From: Patescibacteria group bacterium
Lineage (GTDB): Bacteria; Patescibacteriota; Minisyncoccia; Phycocordibacterales; CSBR16-193
Assembly (NCBI GenBank): GCA_051747785.1
Contig: JBNJGN010000004.1
Span: forward strand, 1-35,198
DNA length: 35,198 bases
Reading direction: 5' to 3'
The notes beneath the pieces were generated by a model. The model did no database searches, was not told the DNA's origin, and saw only the letters and a list, made by a program, of their open reading frames with translations. Positions 20,346 to 28,759 of the stretch are shown here, one piece after another. A program made the position numbers and the translations under genes. Position 1 is the stretch's first letter, and the number at the start of each line of letters is the position of its first letter.

Positions 20346-20396
20346 TAGTATGTTATATCCAATCAAGGTCTAACTTTTTCAATTTCTCGAGGATTT

Positions 20397-20405
20397 TGTT
20401 ATAAT
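20397..20405 (+). promoter_or_regulatory. Extended -10 promoter (TGtTATAAT) for probable leaderless pheST
   Basis: Perfect TGnTATAAT 7 nt before ATG 20413. Confidence 0.65.
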
Positions 20406-20412
20406 AGCACTT

Positions 20413-21156
20413 ATGGAAGAGGATAAGAAAATGGGTTCCCTTCATCCCGTAACAGCATTTATACAGGAAGCTCATCTCATATTCAGGGATATGGGTTTTT
20501 TGATTGCCGAGGGACCCCAGATGGAGACCGAGTATAACAATTTTGATGCCTTGAATGTGCCCGCCGACCATCCAGCTCGTGATCAACAGGATACCTTCTG
20601 GATAAAGAATCCAAAAGATGAAAGAGTTCTTTTAAGGTCTCAAACATCTGACATTCAGATCCGTTACATGACGGATAGTAAACCGCCCTTTAGGTTAATT
20701 TCACCTGGTAGGGTTTATAGGCAGGAGGCTACCGATGCCACTCATGAAGTACAGTTCCATCAGATAGAGGGGTTGGTGGTAGAGAGAGGTGTTAATCTAG
20801 GACACCTAAAGGGCGTACTAGATAGCTTTCTTAAAAAGGTTTTCAATGACGAAGATCTAGTTACTAGATTTAGACCCGGTTACTTTCCCTTTGTTGAGCC
20901 CGGTGTTGAGATAGATATATCCTGTACTTTTTGCGGAGCTGAAGGGTGTAGTATATGTAAAAAAACCGGCTGGATAGAGGTGCTGGGTGCGGGTATGATC
21001 CATCCTAATGTTTTCTCTGCTGTAAATATTGACCCTTCTAAATGGAAGGGTTTTGCTTTTGGACTATCTCCGGAGCGTATTTTAATGTTAAGACATGGCA
21101 TAAACGATATCCGCTGGTTCCATTCGGCTGACCTTCGCTTTATTAGGCAGTTTTAG
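20413..21156 (+). CDS. pheS: Phenylalanine--tRNA ligase alpha subunit (lacks N-terminal coiled-coil)
   Basis: GSLHP, NFDALN.PADHPARD.QDTF, PGRVYR, FHQIEGL, YFPFVEP, CxxC..GCxxC, GFAFG. Confidence 0.95.
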   Translation: MEEDKKMGSLHPVTAFIQEAHLIFRDMGFLIAEGPQMETEYNNFDALNVPADHPARDQQDTFWIKNPKDERVLLRSQTSDIQIRYMTDSKPPFRLISPGRVYRQEATDATHEVQFHQIEGLVVERGVNLGHLKGVLDSFLKKVFNDEDLVTRFRPGYFPFVEPGVEIDISCTFCGAEGCSICKKTGWIEVLGAGMIHPNVFSAVNIDPSKWKGFAFGLSPERILMLRHGINDIRWFHSADLRFIRQF

Positions 21157-21170
21157 TTATCTGAGTATTT

Positions 21171-23090
21171 ATGAAAGTACAATTATCCTGGCTACAAGAC
21201 CATATCCAAGAAGAATTACCTGATCCAAAAGAGTTGGCTCGGACACTCTCGCTTAGAGCCTTTGAGATAGAAGGAATAGAAGGCGAGGGGGGTCAGGCTG
21301 TTATTGATGTTGATGTTCTACCTAACAGGAATCATGACTGTCTTTCACACAGAGGTGTTGCCAGAGAGACAGCTGCTATATACGGACTTACTCTAAAAGA
21401 AAGCAGCATAACCGGAGTAAAAACAGAAGATATAGACATTAAGGTGGATATAAAAGAAAAGGATCTGTGTCATCGCTATATAGCCGTGCCTGTTTTAAAT
21501 ATTAAGATAGAATCTTCCCCAAACTGGCTAAAGGATAGATTGGAGGCTTTAGGTGAGAGGTCAATAAATAACATCGTTGATATTACTAACTTTGTTATGT
21601 TTGATACCGGTCAGCCTTTGCATGCTTTTGATAGGGATAAGTTGGATGGAGAGACCATCACTGTTCGTAAAGCTAAACCGGGCGAGTTATTTATTACCCT
21701 TGATGGCAATGAGATGGAGTTAAAAGGAACGGAGTTGGTTATTGCCGATGAGGTTTCAGTGATCGCTTTGGCTGGAGTGAAGGGGGGTAAGAAAGCTGAA
21801 GTTGATGATGGCACGCGCAATATAGTTCTGGAGTCGGCTTCTTTTGATCCTGTTTCTGTGAGGAAAACTTCTCGTAATCTTGATCTTTTAACCGAATCTT
21901 CCAAGCGTTTTGAGAATAATGCAAGTCGTGAACTTTCACTTGAATCGGCTAAAGAAGCTATGCTAATGATAAAGCAAATAGCTGGTTTAAAGGATGTGTC
22001 TGTGGGTCAACCGGTGGATGTGTATCCGAACCCGATACACCCATGGTCTGTATCAGTTCCTCTGTCTGAAATAGTCAGTATTTTGGGAATAGAGATAAGT
22101 GAAGAGAGGGCTAAAAGTATATTGGAAGGCCTTAAATGCAAAGTCTTGCTCAAAGATGGGGCATTAGAGGTTGAACCTCCCGTGGACAGGATAGATCTTA
22201 CAATACCGGAAGATATTATTGAGGAAGTGGGGCGTATCTATGGCTATGAGCATCTTGATCCGGCCCCTCTTAAGTCTTTTTCAGAGAGTGTTCCTATAAA
22301 CAAGCATTTTTACTACAAAGCCAAGATATCTTCCTTTTTGCAGAGTAATGGTTTCTCGGAGATATTTACATACTCTATAAGAGATAAAGGTAAAGTAGAG
22401 CTTGCCAATCCTTTGACTTACGATAGGAAGTTCCTAAGAGATGAGATAGCTTCTGATATGGGAAAAGCACTTGATCTTAATGAGCGCAATATAGAGCTTA
22501 TCGGAGATGATAGAGTTAAGATCTTTGAAATAGCTAATGTTTTTACTCAGGAGGTGGAGAAAACCCATCTCGCCTTGGGGGTTAGGAATGTTAAGAAAAA
22601 ACAGAAGCCAAAGCAAGATGAATTTATAAAGGAAACTCTAAAAGAACTTTCTTTGGAATTGGAGAAAGATATTGAAGAGTACGGGTCTTTCGCCTCCGAT
22701 GGAGTTTGGGAATGCGACTTGGATGATATGATAGAGCCTCTTCCTCAGCCACAGAGTTGGGATGTTCATGTGGATGAGACGGAGTCGCTTTACAAACCCA
22801 TCTCTCCTTATCCTTTTGTATTGCGTGATATTGCTGTTTTTGTCCCTTCAGATGTTGGAAGCGCTGATGTTCTCAAGGTAATAGAAGAAAATGCCGGGGA
22901 ACTTTTGGAAAATAAAAGGCTATTTGATGTTTACGAAAAGACGGATGAAAAAGGAAATAGCTGGATCTCTTATGCTTTCCGACTGGTTTTCCTCTCGCAA
23001 GAGAAGACACTCTCTGACAACGAAGTTAACGAGGTAATGGATGTCATAACGGATACTATTCATTCCAATAAAGATTGGCAGGTAAGATGA
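21171..23090 (+). CDS. pheT: Phenylalanine--tRNA ligase beta subunit (short form, no B2 OB domain)
   Basis: PNR.HDCLSHRGVARE, INNIVDITNFVM...GQPLHAFD, RIDL..PEDIIEEVGRIYGY, C-terminal RDIAV/LFDVY/SYAFRL. Confidence 0.93.
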   Translation: MKVQLSWLQDHIQEELPDPKELARTLSLRAFEIEGIEGEGGQAVIDVDVLPNRNHDCLSHRGVARETAAIYGLTLKESSITGVKTEDIDIKVDIKEKDLCHRYIAVPVLNIKIESSPNWLKDRLEALGERSINNIVDITNFVMFDTGQPLHAFDRDKLDGETITVRKAKPGELFITLDGNEMELKGTELVIADEVSVIALAGVKGGKKAEVDDGTRNIVLESASFDPVSVRKTSRNLDLLTESSKRFENNASRELSLESAKEAMLMIKQIAGLKDVSVGQPVDVYPNPIHPWSVSVPLSEIVSILGIEISEERAKSILEGLKCKVLLKDGALEVEPPVDRIDLTIPEDIIEEVGRIYGYEHLDPAPLKSFSESVPINKHFYYKAKISSFLQSNGFSEIFTYSIRDKGKVELANPLTYDRKFLRDEIASDMGKALDLNERNIELIGDDRVKIFEIANVFTQEVEKTHLALGVRNVKKKQKPKQDEFIKETLKELSLELEKDIEEYGSFASDGVWECDLDDMIEPLPQPQSWDVHVDETESLYKPISPYPFVLRDIAVFVPSDVGSADVLKVIEENAGELLENKRLFDVYEKTDEKGNSWISYAFRLVFLSQEKTLSDNEVNEVMDVITDTIHSNKDWQVR

Positions 23091-23096
23091 TGATGT

Positions 23097-23561
23097 ATGT
23101 CATTTCTTGTTAAGAATAAAAAGACCCTGCTTTTTTCAGTGGTCATATTTATTTTTTTGCTTTTTCTATCTGTTAAGGGAGATGAAGAACTTGATACTGT
23201 TGATATAAAGGTTGGTGAAACAGAGGTGAAAGCAGAACTGGCTAGAACAGAAAAAGAACTTATCAAAGGCCTGTCGGGCAGAGAGTCTATCGGAGAAGCC
23301 GACGGGCTTTTAATGGTCTTTTCCGAGGAGGATAGGCACGGTATTTGGATGAAAGATATGAACTTTCCTTTAGATATTATTTGGGCAGATCGGTCAGGTA
23401 GAATAGTTCATATAAAAGAGAGTGTTCACCCGGATACTTATCCGGATGTTTTTGTTCCAGATGAACCGGCGCTCGTGGTGCTTGAAGTTAAAGGCAAAAA
23501 GGCGGAGAAAGAAGGATGGAAGAATGGCGATCGGATTGACCTTGAGAACCTATCTTTTTGA
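23097..23561 (+). CDS. DUF192 family protein with N-terminal signal/TM
   Basis: ELART...GLSGR, GLLMVF, WMKDMNFPLDIIW, VLEV. Confidence 0.88.
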   Translation: MSFLVKNKKTLLFSVVIFIFLLFLSVKGDEELDTVDIKVGETEVKAELARTEKELIKGLSGRESIGEADGLLMVFSEEDRHGIWMKDMNFPLDIIWADRSGRIVHIKESVHPDTYPDVFVPDEPALVVLEVKGKKAEKEGWKNGDRIDLENLSF

Positions 23562-23733
23562 TTTAACCCTCCCATTTCTTTTTAGGATGTCCACATGTTC
23601 CAGGTTCTGCTCAAATCCTCTTTGTTTGAGCAGTGACTATGCGTACTTTTTGACGCTTCTGTCCAACATTTGAGCTTGTAAGGGGTGCCCTGGTTGTTAC
23701 AATAAAAGTGTATTAATAGTAATCAAAATAGCA

Positions 23734-26031
23734 ATGGCAGAAAACAAAAAGAAATACGTGGACATATCCGATCCCAAGAACACTAAAGGATTTATAGAAA
23801 AGGTTCAAAAGCGTGATGGTACCGAGTGCTCCTTTGATCTAAACAGAATAGCTAATGCCATTTACAAGGCAATGATATCGGCTGACGAGGGTTCCGACGT
23901 TGAGGCCAGTATGGTTGCTAATAAAGTCTTTGCCGATTTGGTTCGCATAAGTAAAAAACATAAGAGTTTTGTTCCGACTGTTGAGGGAATACAGGACACT
24001 GTGGAGAAAGAGCTCATTGTCGGGGATTATGTAAATTCAGCTAAAAAATATATTCTCTATCGGGAAAAGAGAGCAAATCTTCGTAAGCAAGGAATTAAGG
24101 TTTCGCAAAAGGTTAAAAAGCTTACAGAAGAGAGTCGTAAGTATTTACCCAACCCTCTTTCGGAGTTTATATATTACAGAACCTATTCTAGATGGATGGA
24201 GGAAGAGGGAAGACGTGAGACTTGGGTAGAGACGGTTGATAGGTATATGAATTTCATGAAGGAGAATATCAAAGATGCTTTAAACAAAGAGGAATATGAA
24301 GAGATAAGAGAGGCCATTTTAAAACAGGAGATAATGCCTTCTATGCGCTTGCTATGGAGTGCCGGAAAAGCTGCTCGCAGAAGTAATGCCTGCGGTTATA
24401 ACTGTTCTTTTATCGCACCTAGAGAGCTCCGTGATTTTGGAGAGATAGTTTATCTATCAATGTGCGGATCAGGGGTCGGTTTTTCAGTTGAAAGTCAGCA
24501 CGTTGAAGCGTTGCCTCAGATACATAAACAGACCGGAGAGAAGTTATCTACTCACGTCATTGCTGACAGTAAAGAGGGTTGGGCAGATGCTTTGGTTATA
24601 GGTTTGGAAACTTGGTTTTCCGGAAAAGACATAGATTTCGATTATTCTCAAGTAAGACCTCAGGGATCTAAGCTTAAAACTATGGGTGGTAAAAGTTCTG
24701 GACCGGCGCCACTGAAGGATCTGTTAAGATTTACTAGAGAAAAAGTTCTCTCCCGACAGGGGAGGAGACTCTCAACCGTAGATACTCACGATATAATATG
24801 CAAGATAGGGCAGGTTGTTGTTGCCGGCGGAGTTCGTCGAAGTGCTCTCATTTCTCTTTCTGATCTCGATGACTCGGGTATGAGGGATTCTAAAAAAGGC
24901 CAGTTCTATGTAACTCATCCTCACCGTACTATGGCTAATAACTCGGCTGTTTATAACGAAAAACCCTCGGCAACTGACTTTCTTGATGAGTGGCTTGCTC
25001 TAGTAAGGTCTCAGTCTGGAGAGAGGGGTATATTCAATCGCGGGTCTTTGGAGAAACAGTTGCCCAAAAGACGCTGGCAGACTTTCTCGGGTTATATTGA
25101 CTACTCTGGTATAAATCCTTGCGGGGAAATAGTTCTTCGTTCCAAACAGTTTTGCAATCTATCTGAAGTAGTGGCCAGGGCGGGAGATACGAAAGAGGAT
25201 CTTCTAAGAAAGGTAAGATTAGCCGCTATGTTAGGAACGTATCAGTCTTCGCTTACTGATTTTGGTTATCTTTCAGAAGAGTGGAAAAAGAACTGTGAAG
25301 AGGAGCGTCTATTGGGAGTTTCTGTTACAGGGCAGTGGGATTCAGAGGAAGCCAGGAGTGCTGACATGCTCAAGTCTCTTAAAAAGGAGGCTGTAAAAGT
25401 AAATCGCGAATTTGCTAAGAGGCTTAATATAAATCCATCTACTGCTGTTACCTGTGTTAAGCCTTCCGGTACTGTCTCTCAGTTGGTTGATGCTTCTTCC
25501 GGAATGCATCCGAGATATGCCAAGTACTACATTCGTAGAATAAGGATATCTTCAACCGATTCTCTTTTTCATATGCTAAGGGACCAGGGTGTTCCTTTTC
25601 ATCCCGAGGTGGGTCAAAGTGTTGATAATGCTAATACCTATGTTCTGGAATTTCCGGTTAAAGCTCCTGAAGGGGCCATAACTAGCGGGGACTTAACTTC
25701 TCATGATCAATTGGAACACTGGAAGAAGGTGAAGCTGAATTACACCGAACATAACCCCTCTGTGACCGTTACAGTTGATGAGAATGAGTGGATCTCCACC
25801 GCTCATTGGATATATAATAACTGGGATATAGTAGGTGGGCTGTCTTTCTTGCCTAAAAGTGATCATGTCTATCAGTTAGCACCTTACGAAGAGATAGATG
25901 AGGAAAGATATAAAGAACTTTCAAAAAGGTTTACTGATATTGACTTCTCAAAGATCGTTACTTACGAAGGTGAAGATAATACCGAAGGAGCCAAAGAGTA
26001 CGCCTGTGTTGCCGGCGGGTGCCCGATTTAG
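23734..26031 (+). CDS. nrdJ: Class II (adenosylcobalamin-dependent) ribonucleotide reductase with N-terminal ATP cone
   Basis: ATP cone VQKRDG..FD..RI; RTYSR, NCSF, GGVRRSA, NPCGEI, FCNLSE, KPSGTVS, C-terminal CVAGGCPI; no beta subunit adjacent. Confidence 0.88.
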   Translation: MAENKKKYVDISDPKNTKGFIEKVQKRDGTECSFDLNRIANAIYKAMISADEGSDVEASMVANKVFADLVRISKKHKSFVPTVEGIQDTVEKELIVGDYVNSAKKYILYREKRANLRKQGIKVSQKVKKLTEESRKYLPNPLSEFIYYRTYSRWMEEEGRRETWVETVDRYMNFMKENIKDALNKEEYEEIREAILKQEIMPSMRLLWSAGKAARRSNACGYNCSFIAPRELRDFGEIVYLSMCGSGVGFSVESQHVEALPQIHKQTGEKLSTHVIADSKEGWADALVIGLETWFSGKDIDFDYSQVRPQGSKLKTMGGKSSGPAPLKDLLRFTREKVLSRQGRRLSTVDTHDIICKIGQVVVAGGVRRSALISLSDLDDSGMRDSKKGQFYVTHPHRTMANNSAVYNEKPSATDFLDEWLALVRSQSGERGIFNRGSLEKQLPKRRWQTFSGYIDYSGINPCGEIVLRSKQFCNLSEVVARAGDTKEDLLRKVRLAAMLGTYQSSLTDFGYLSEEWKKNCEEERLLGVSVTGQWDSEEARSADMLKSLKKEAVKVNREFAKRLNINPSTAVTCVKPSGTVSQLVDASSGMHPRYAKYYIRRIRISSTDSLFHMLRDQGVPFHPEVGQSVDNANTYVLEFPVKAPEGAITSGDLTSHDQLEHWKKVKLNYTEHNPSVTVTVDENEWISTAHWIYNNWDIVGGLSFLPKSDHVYQLAPYEEIDEERYKELSKRFTDIDFSKIVTYEGEDNTEGAKEYACVAGGCPI

Positions 26032-26054
26032 ATAGAAATATATAATAAGATAAC

Positions 26055-26084
26055 AGACCCCGTCTTTAGGCGGGGTTTTTCTTT
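26055..26084 (+). terminator. Intrinsic terminator after nrdJ
   Basis: ACCCCGTCT-tt-AGGCGGGGT stem followed by TTTTCTTT. Confidence 0.8.
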
Positions 26085-26121
26085 GCTTAAAGATCTCTAC
26101 ACTGTGATAAAATATCTAGAG

Positions 26122-27765
26122 ATGTTTAAACTGTTACAGAAATATTTTAAAAAGATAACTCTTTTAGTACCTGCTTTGGCGGTAATCTTTTCCTTATTGT
26201 TCCCTGTGTCCGTTTTTTCGGTTGAACCTGTTTATCATAACTTTTCCTTAACATATCCTATAGGCGAACTACAGCCGTCCGAAGGTGATATCATTATCCG
26301 TAACAGGTATAGCAACACTTTCCGGATATCCTCAATAGAGGATAGTGCCGACGTTTTTGGAGTTGTCGCTTCTGATGCGGCGTTGGTTTTTAGGACAGAA
26401 GACCCTGATTCGGTTCCTATAATGAGATTCGGGCAAACCGCCGTTAACGTTATATTAAAAAATGGTGATATAGAAAGAGGAGATAATATAACCACTTCGG
26501 AGGTGGCTGGTCATGGGCAGGCGCTTCAACCTTATCATAGGTATACTTTAGGCGTTGCTCTGGAGGGTTTAAGTGAAGAAGACGCCAGTGAGGAGGTGGT
26601 TACTCCGGACGGAGAGGTCTATCCCTCCGGGCAGGTAGTAGTGGACCTTAGGATAAGTTTTCATGGTTCGGGGATTGTAAATATCTCTCTGCAAGACATT
26701 CCTTCTGAAGCTGAACCACTTGAGGTTGGTGCTATGTTTCGTCAAAACTTTCAGACTATGCGCCGGTTAGGCCAGGAGGTGACGGAACAAACTCGCGATA
26801 TCTTGGAGACAGAAGCTGGATCCGTAGCTTCCAGGCTCATTGAAACAGGAGGGGCGGTTACGGGGGCCATGATATCCTTCGGTGCGCTTTTCTTAAGTCC
26901 GATAACTGTTTTTGAGGTTTTTGCTTTACCTTTTAGAGTATGGGCGCTGTTCCTTGCCCTGTTTGGTATTAAAAGAAGATCTAGACCATGGGGTGTGGTG
27001 TATGACAGCGTGACCAAGCAACCTATTGATCCGGCTTATGTAATGCTGGAAGATGATAAGGGAAATGAAGTAAAGATGTCTATAACGGACATTGACGGAC
27101 GTTATGGTTTCCTGGTGGAGCCTGGTAAGTATAAAATGATTGCTAACAAGACCAACTATATCTTTCCGTCTGAGAAGCTTAAAGATAGAAGGTCCGATGT
27201 TATCTATAACAATCTTTATTTCGGGGAGACCTTTGAGCTTAATGAGAAAAATGCCGTAATTGATAAGAACATTCCTATGGACCCACAGGATTTTGACTGG
27301 AATGAGTTTACCAAATTAAATAAAAAGATTCTGACCTATTATTCTTACGCTGATCTTTTCAAGGCTTTTATTTTTCAGTGGCTATTTTATACCGGTTTTA
27401 TTATTTCCTTAGTTTCCGTTTTTCTGGTTCCCGATACTTATAGCTACGTTATACTGGGTATATATCTTTTTCTTTTCTTTTTACGTATCGTAGGGCTCAA
27501 ACCCAGGCGCTATGGAAAGGTCGTGGAAAAGGAAACGAAAAACCCTCTGTCTTATGCTATTGTGCGCATATGCCTTAAAAGATCGGGAAGAGAGGTTTCT
27601 ACCTCTGTGTGTGATGCTTACGGGCGCTACTTCGCCCTTGCCAGTAATGGAGAGTATTACGTGAAAATAGACAAGAAAAAAGGAGAGGAGGATTACGAGA
27701 ATGTTTTCACTTCCGAGCCCTTCGAGGTGAAAGGGGGAGTAATAAGGAGAACTTTTAGGGTGTGA
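26122..27765 (+). CDS. Membrane protein: signal peptide, secreted beta domain, TM segments and two carboxypeptidase-regulatory-like beta-sandwich repeats
   Basis: Start 26122 preferred over TTG 26083 (TGaTAAAAT 8 nt upstream); N-domain paralogous to the next gene; repeats RPWGVVYDSVTKQPI...TDIDGRY and RRYGKVVEKETKNPL...CDAYGRY. Confidence 0.75.
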   Translation: MFKLLQKYFKKITLLVPALAVIFSLLFPVSVFSVEPVYHNFSLTYPIGELQPSEGDIIIRNRYSNTFRISSIEDSADVFGVVASDAALVFRTEDPDSVPIMRFGQTAVNVILKNGDIERGDNITTSEVAGHGQALQPYHRYTLGVALEGLSEEDASEEVVTPDGEVYPSGQVVVDLRISFHGSGIVNISLQDIPSEAEPLEVGAMFRQNFQTMRRLGQEVTEQTRDILETEAGSVASRLIETGGAVTGAMISFGALFLSPITVFEVFALPFRVWALFLALFGIKRRSRPWGVVYDSVTKQPIDPAYVMLEDDKGNEVKMSITDIDGRYGFLVEPGKYKMIANKTNYIFPSEKLKDRRSDVIYNNLYFGETFELNEKNAVIDKNIPMDPQDFDWNEFTKLNKKILTYYSYADLFKAFIFQWLFYTGFIISLVSVFLVPDTYSYVILGIYLFLFFLRIVGLKPRRYGKVVEKETKNPLSYAIVRICLKRSGREVSTSVCDAYGRYFALASNGEYYVKIDKKKGEEDYENVFTSEPFEVKGGVIRRTFRV

Positions 27766-27884
27766 TCTTATCTCTCAGAGTAATTTTCCCCGATTTACTT
27801 TATCCTTTTTATGTTAGTATGTTTATATGACCGGTGTATCGGTTGGTTTTGTGCATATTTCTTTTAAGATCCTTCCTTAATAAA

Positions 27885-28715
27885 ATGAGTTCACGTTTAT
27901 TGATCTTTATTCTTTCCTTTCTTTTGCTTGTAGCCTCGGGGGTTTTCTCTGATATTGCTTTAGCTCAGATAGGTCAGGGCATAGAGTCCGATGAAGGAGA
28001 TATATCTCCGGGAAGTATCATATCCAGAGACCCCAGAAGTAATTACTTTCATCTCTCTAGGGATGTGAGTGACCCCAATATATTTGGTGTTGTCGTGGAA
28101 AAACCTATTGCCAATATTCGTCCTGACGAGGAAAGTAATATATCGGTTTTAAGAACAGGCGAAGTAAGAGTTAGAGTTATCTTAAAAGAGGAGGGTATTG
28201 AAACAGGGGACTACATAACAACCTCGGAAGTTGAAGGATTGGGAATGCGCGCCAGCGATGAACATTCCAATGTTTTAGGAGTGGCTCTTGAGGACTTTAC
28301 CTCAGAGGACGCAGAGTCATCAGTTGAGCACCAAGAGCAAGAAGTGCCGGTAGGGCTAATATTGGTTGATCTTCAGATAGGGAGTCGGCAGAGGGAGGGG
28401 GGCTCTGTGCCTCCTGGAGAGGATAATAATGGTTTGACCCCTTTAGGGTCACAGGTTGAGCACTATTTGGCTATGATAGCTCGGTATCTGGCCGCGGCTT
28501 TGGTGGCGGTTTCGGCCCTCTATCTTTCTTTCAGGTTCTTTAAATCAAACGTGGCGGGAGGTTTATCTGCGCTGGGTCGCAATCCTATGGCGCGTCAGTC
28601 CATACAGAAGATGATGCTTTTTAATATGTTCTTGGTTATAGTTATAAGTGTGGGGGGTCTTCTTCTGTCTGCTCTGATCCTTCTCATTCCGGTTTTTATT
28701 AGCAGGATAATATGA
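27885..28715 (+). CDS. Secreted-domain / ATP synthase subunit c-like hairpin fusion protein
   Basis: Signal peptide ending ALA; C-terminal TM-GLSALGRNPMARQSIQ-TM resembles the c-subunit R(N/Q)P loop; lies directly before the b-like gene; ATG 27885 preferred over GTG 27834. Confidence 0.65.
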   Translation: MSSRLLIFILSFLLLVASGVFSDIALAQIGQGIESDEGDISPGSIISRDPRSNYFHLSRDVSDPNIFGVVVEKPIANIRPDEESNISVLRTGEVRVRVILKEEGIETGDYITTSEVEGLGMRASDEHSNVLGVALEDFTSEDAESSVEHQEQEVPVGLILVDLQIGSRQREGGSVPPGEDNNGLTPLGSQVEHYLAMIARYLAAALVAVSALYLSFRFFKSNVAGGLSALGRNPMARQSIQKMMLFNMFLVIVISVGGLLLSALILLIPVFISRII

Positions 28716-28759
28716 TATTGCATTATAATATTGGTCAGTGGTAAGTAATTATTTACATT

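Noticed and set aside
26900-26970. LPFRVWALF as the subunit a essential-Arg helix (cf. LSLRLFGN)
   Set aside because: Only the Arg matches; no GN motif, and the overall architecture is unlike AtpB
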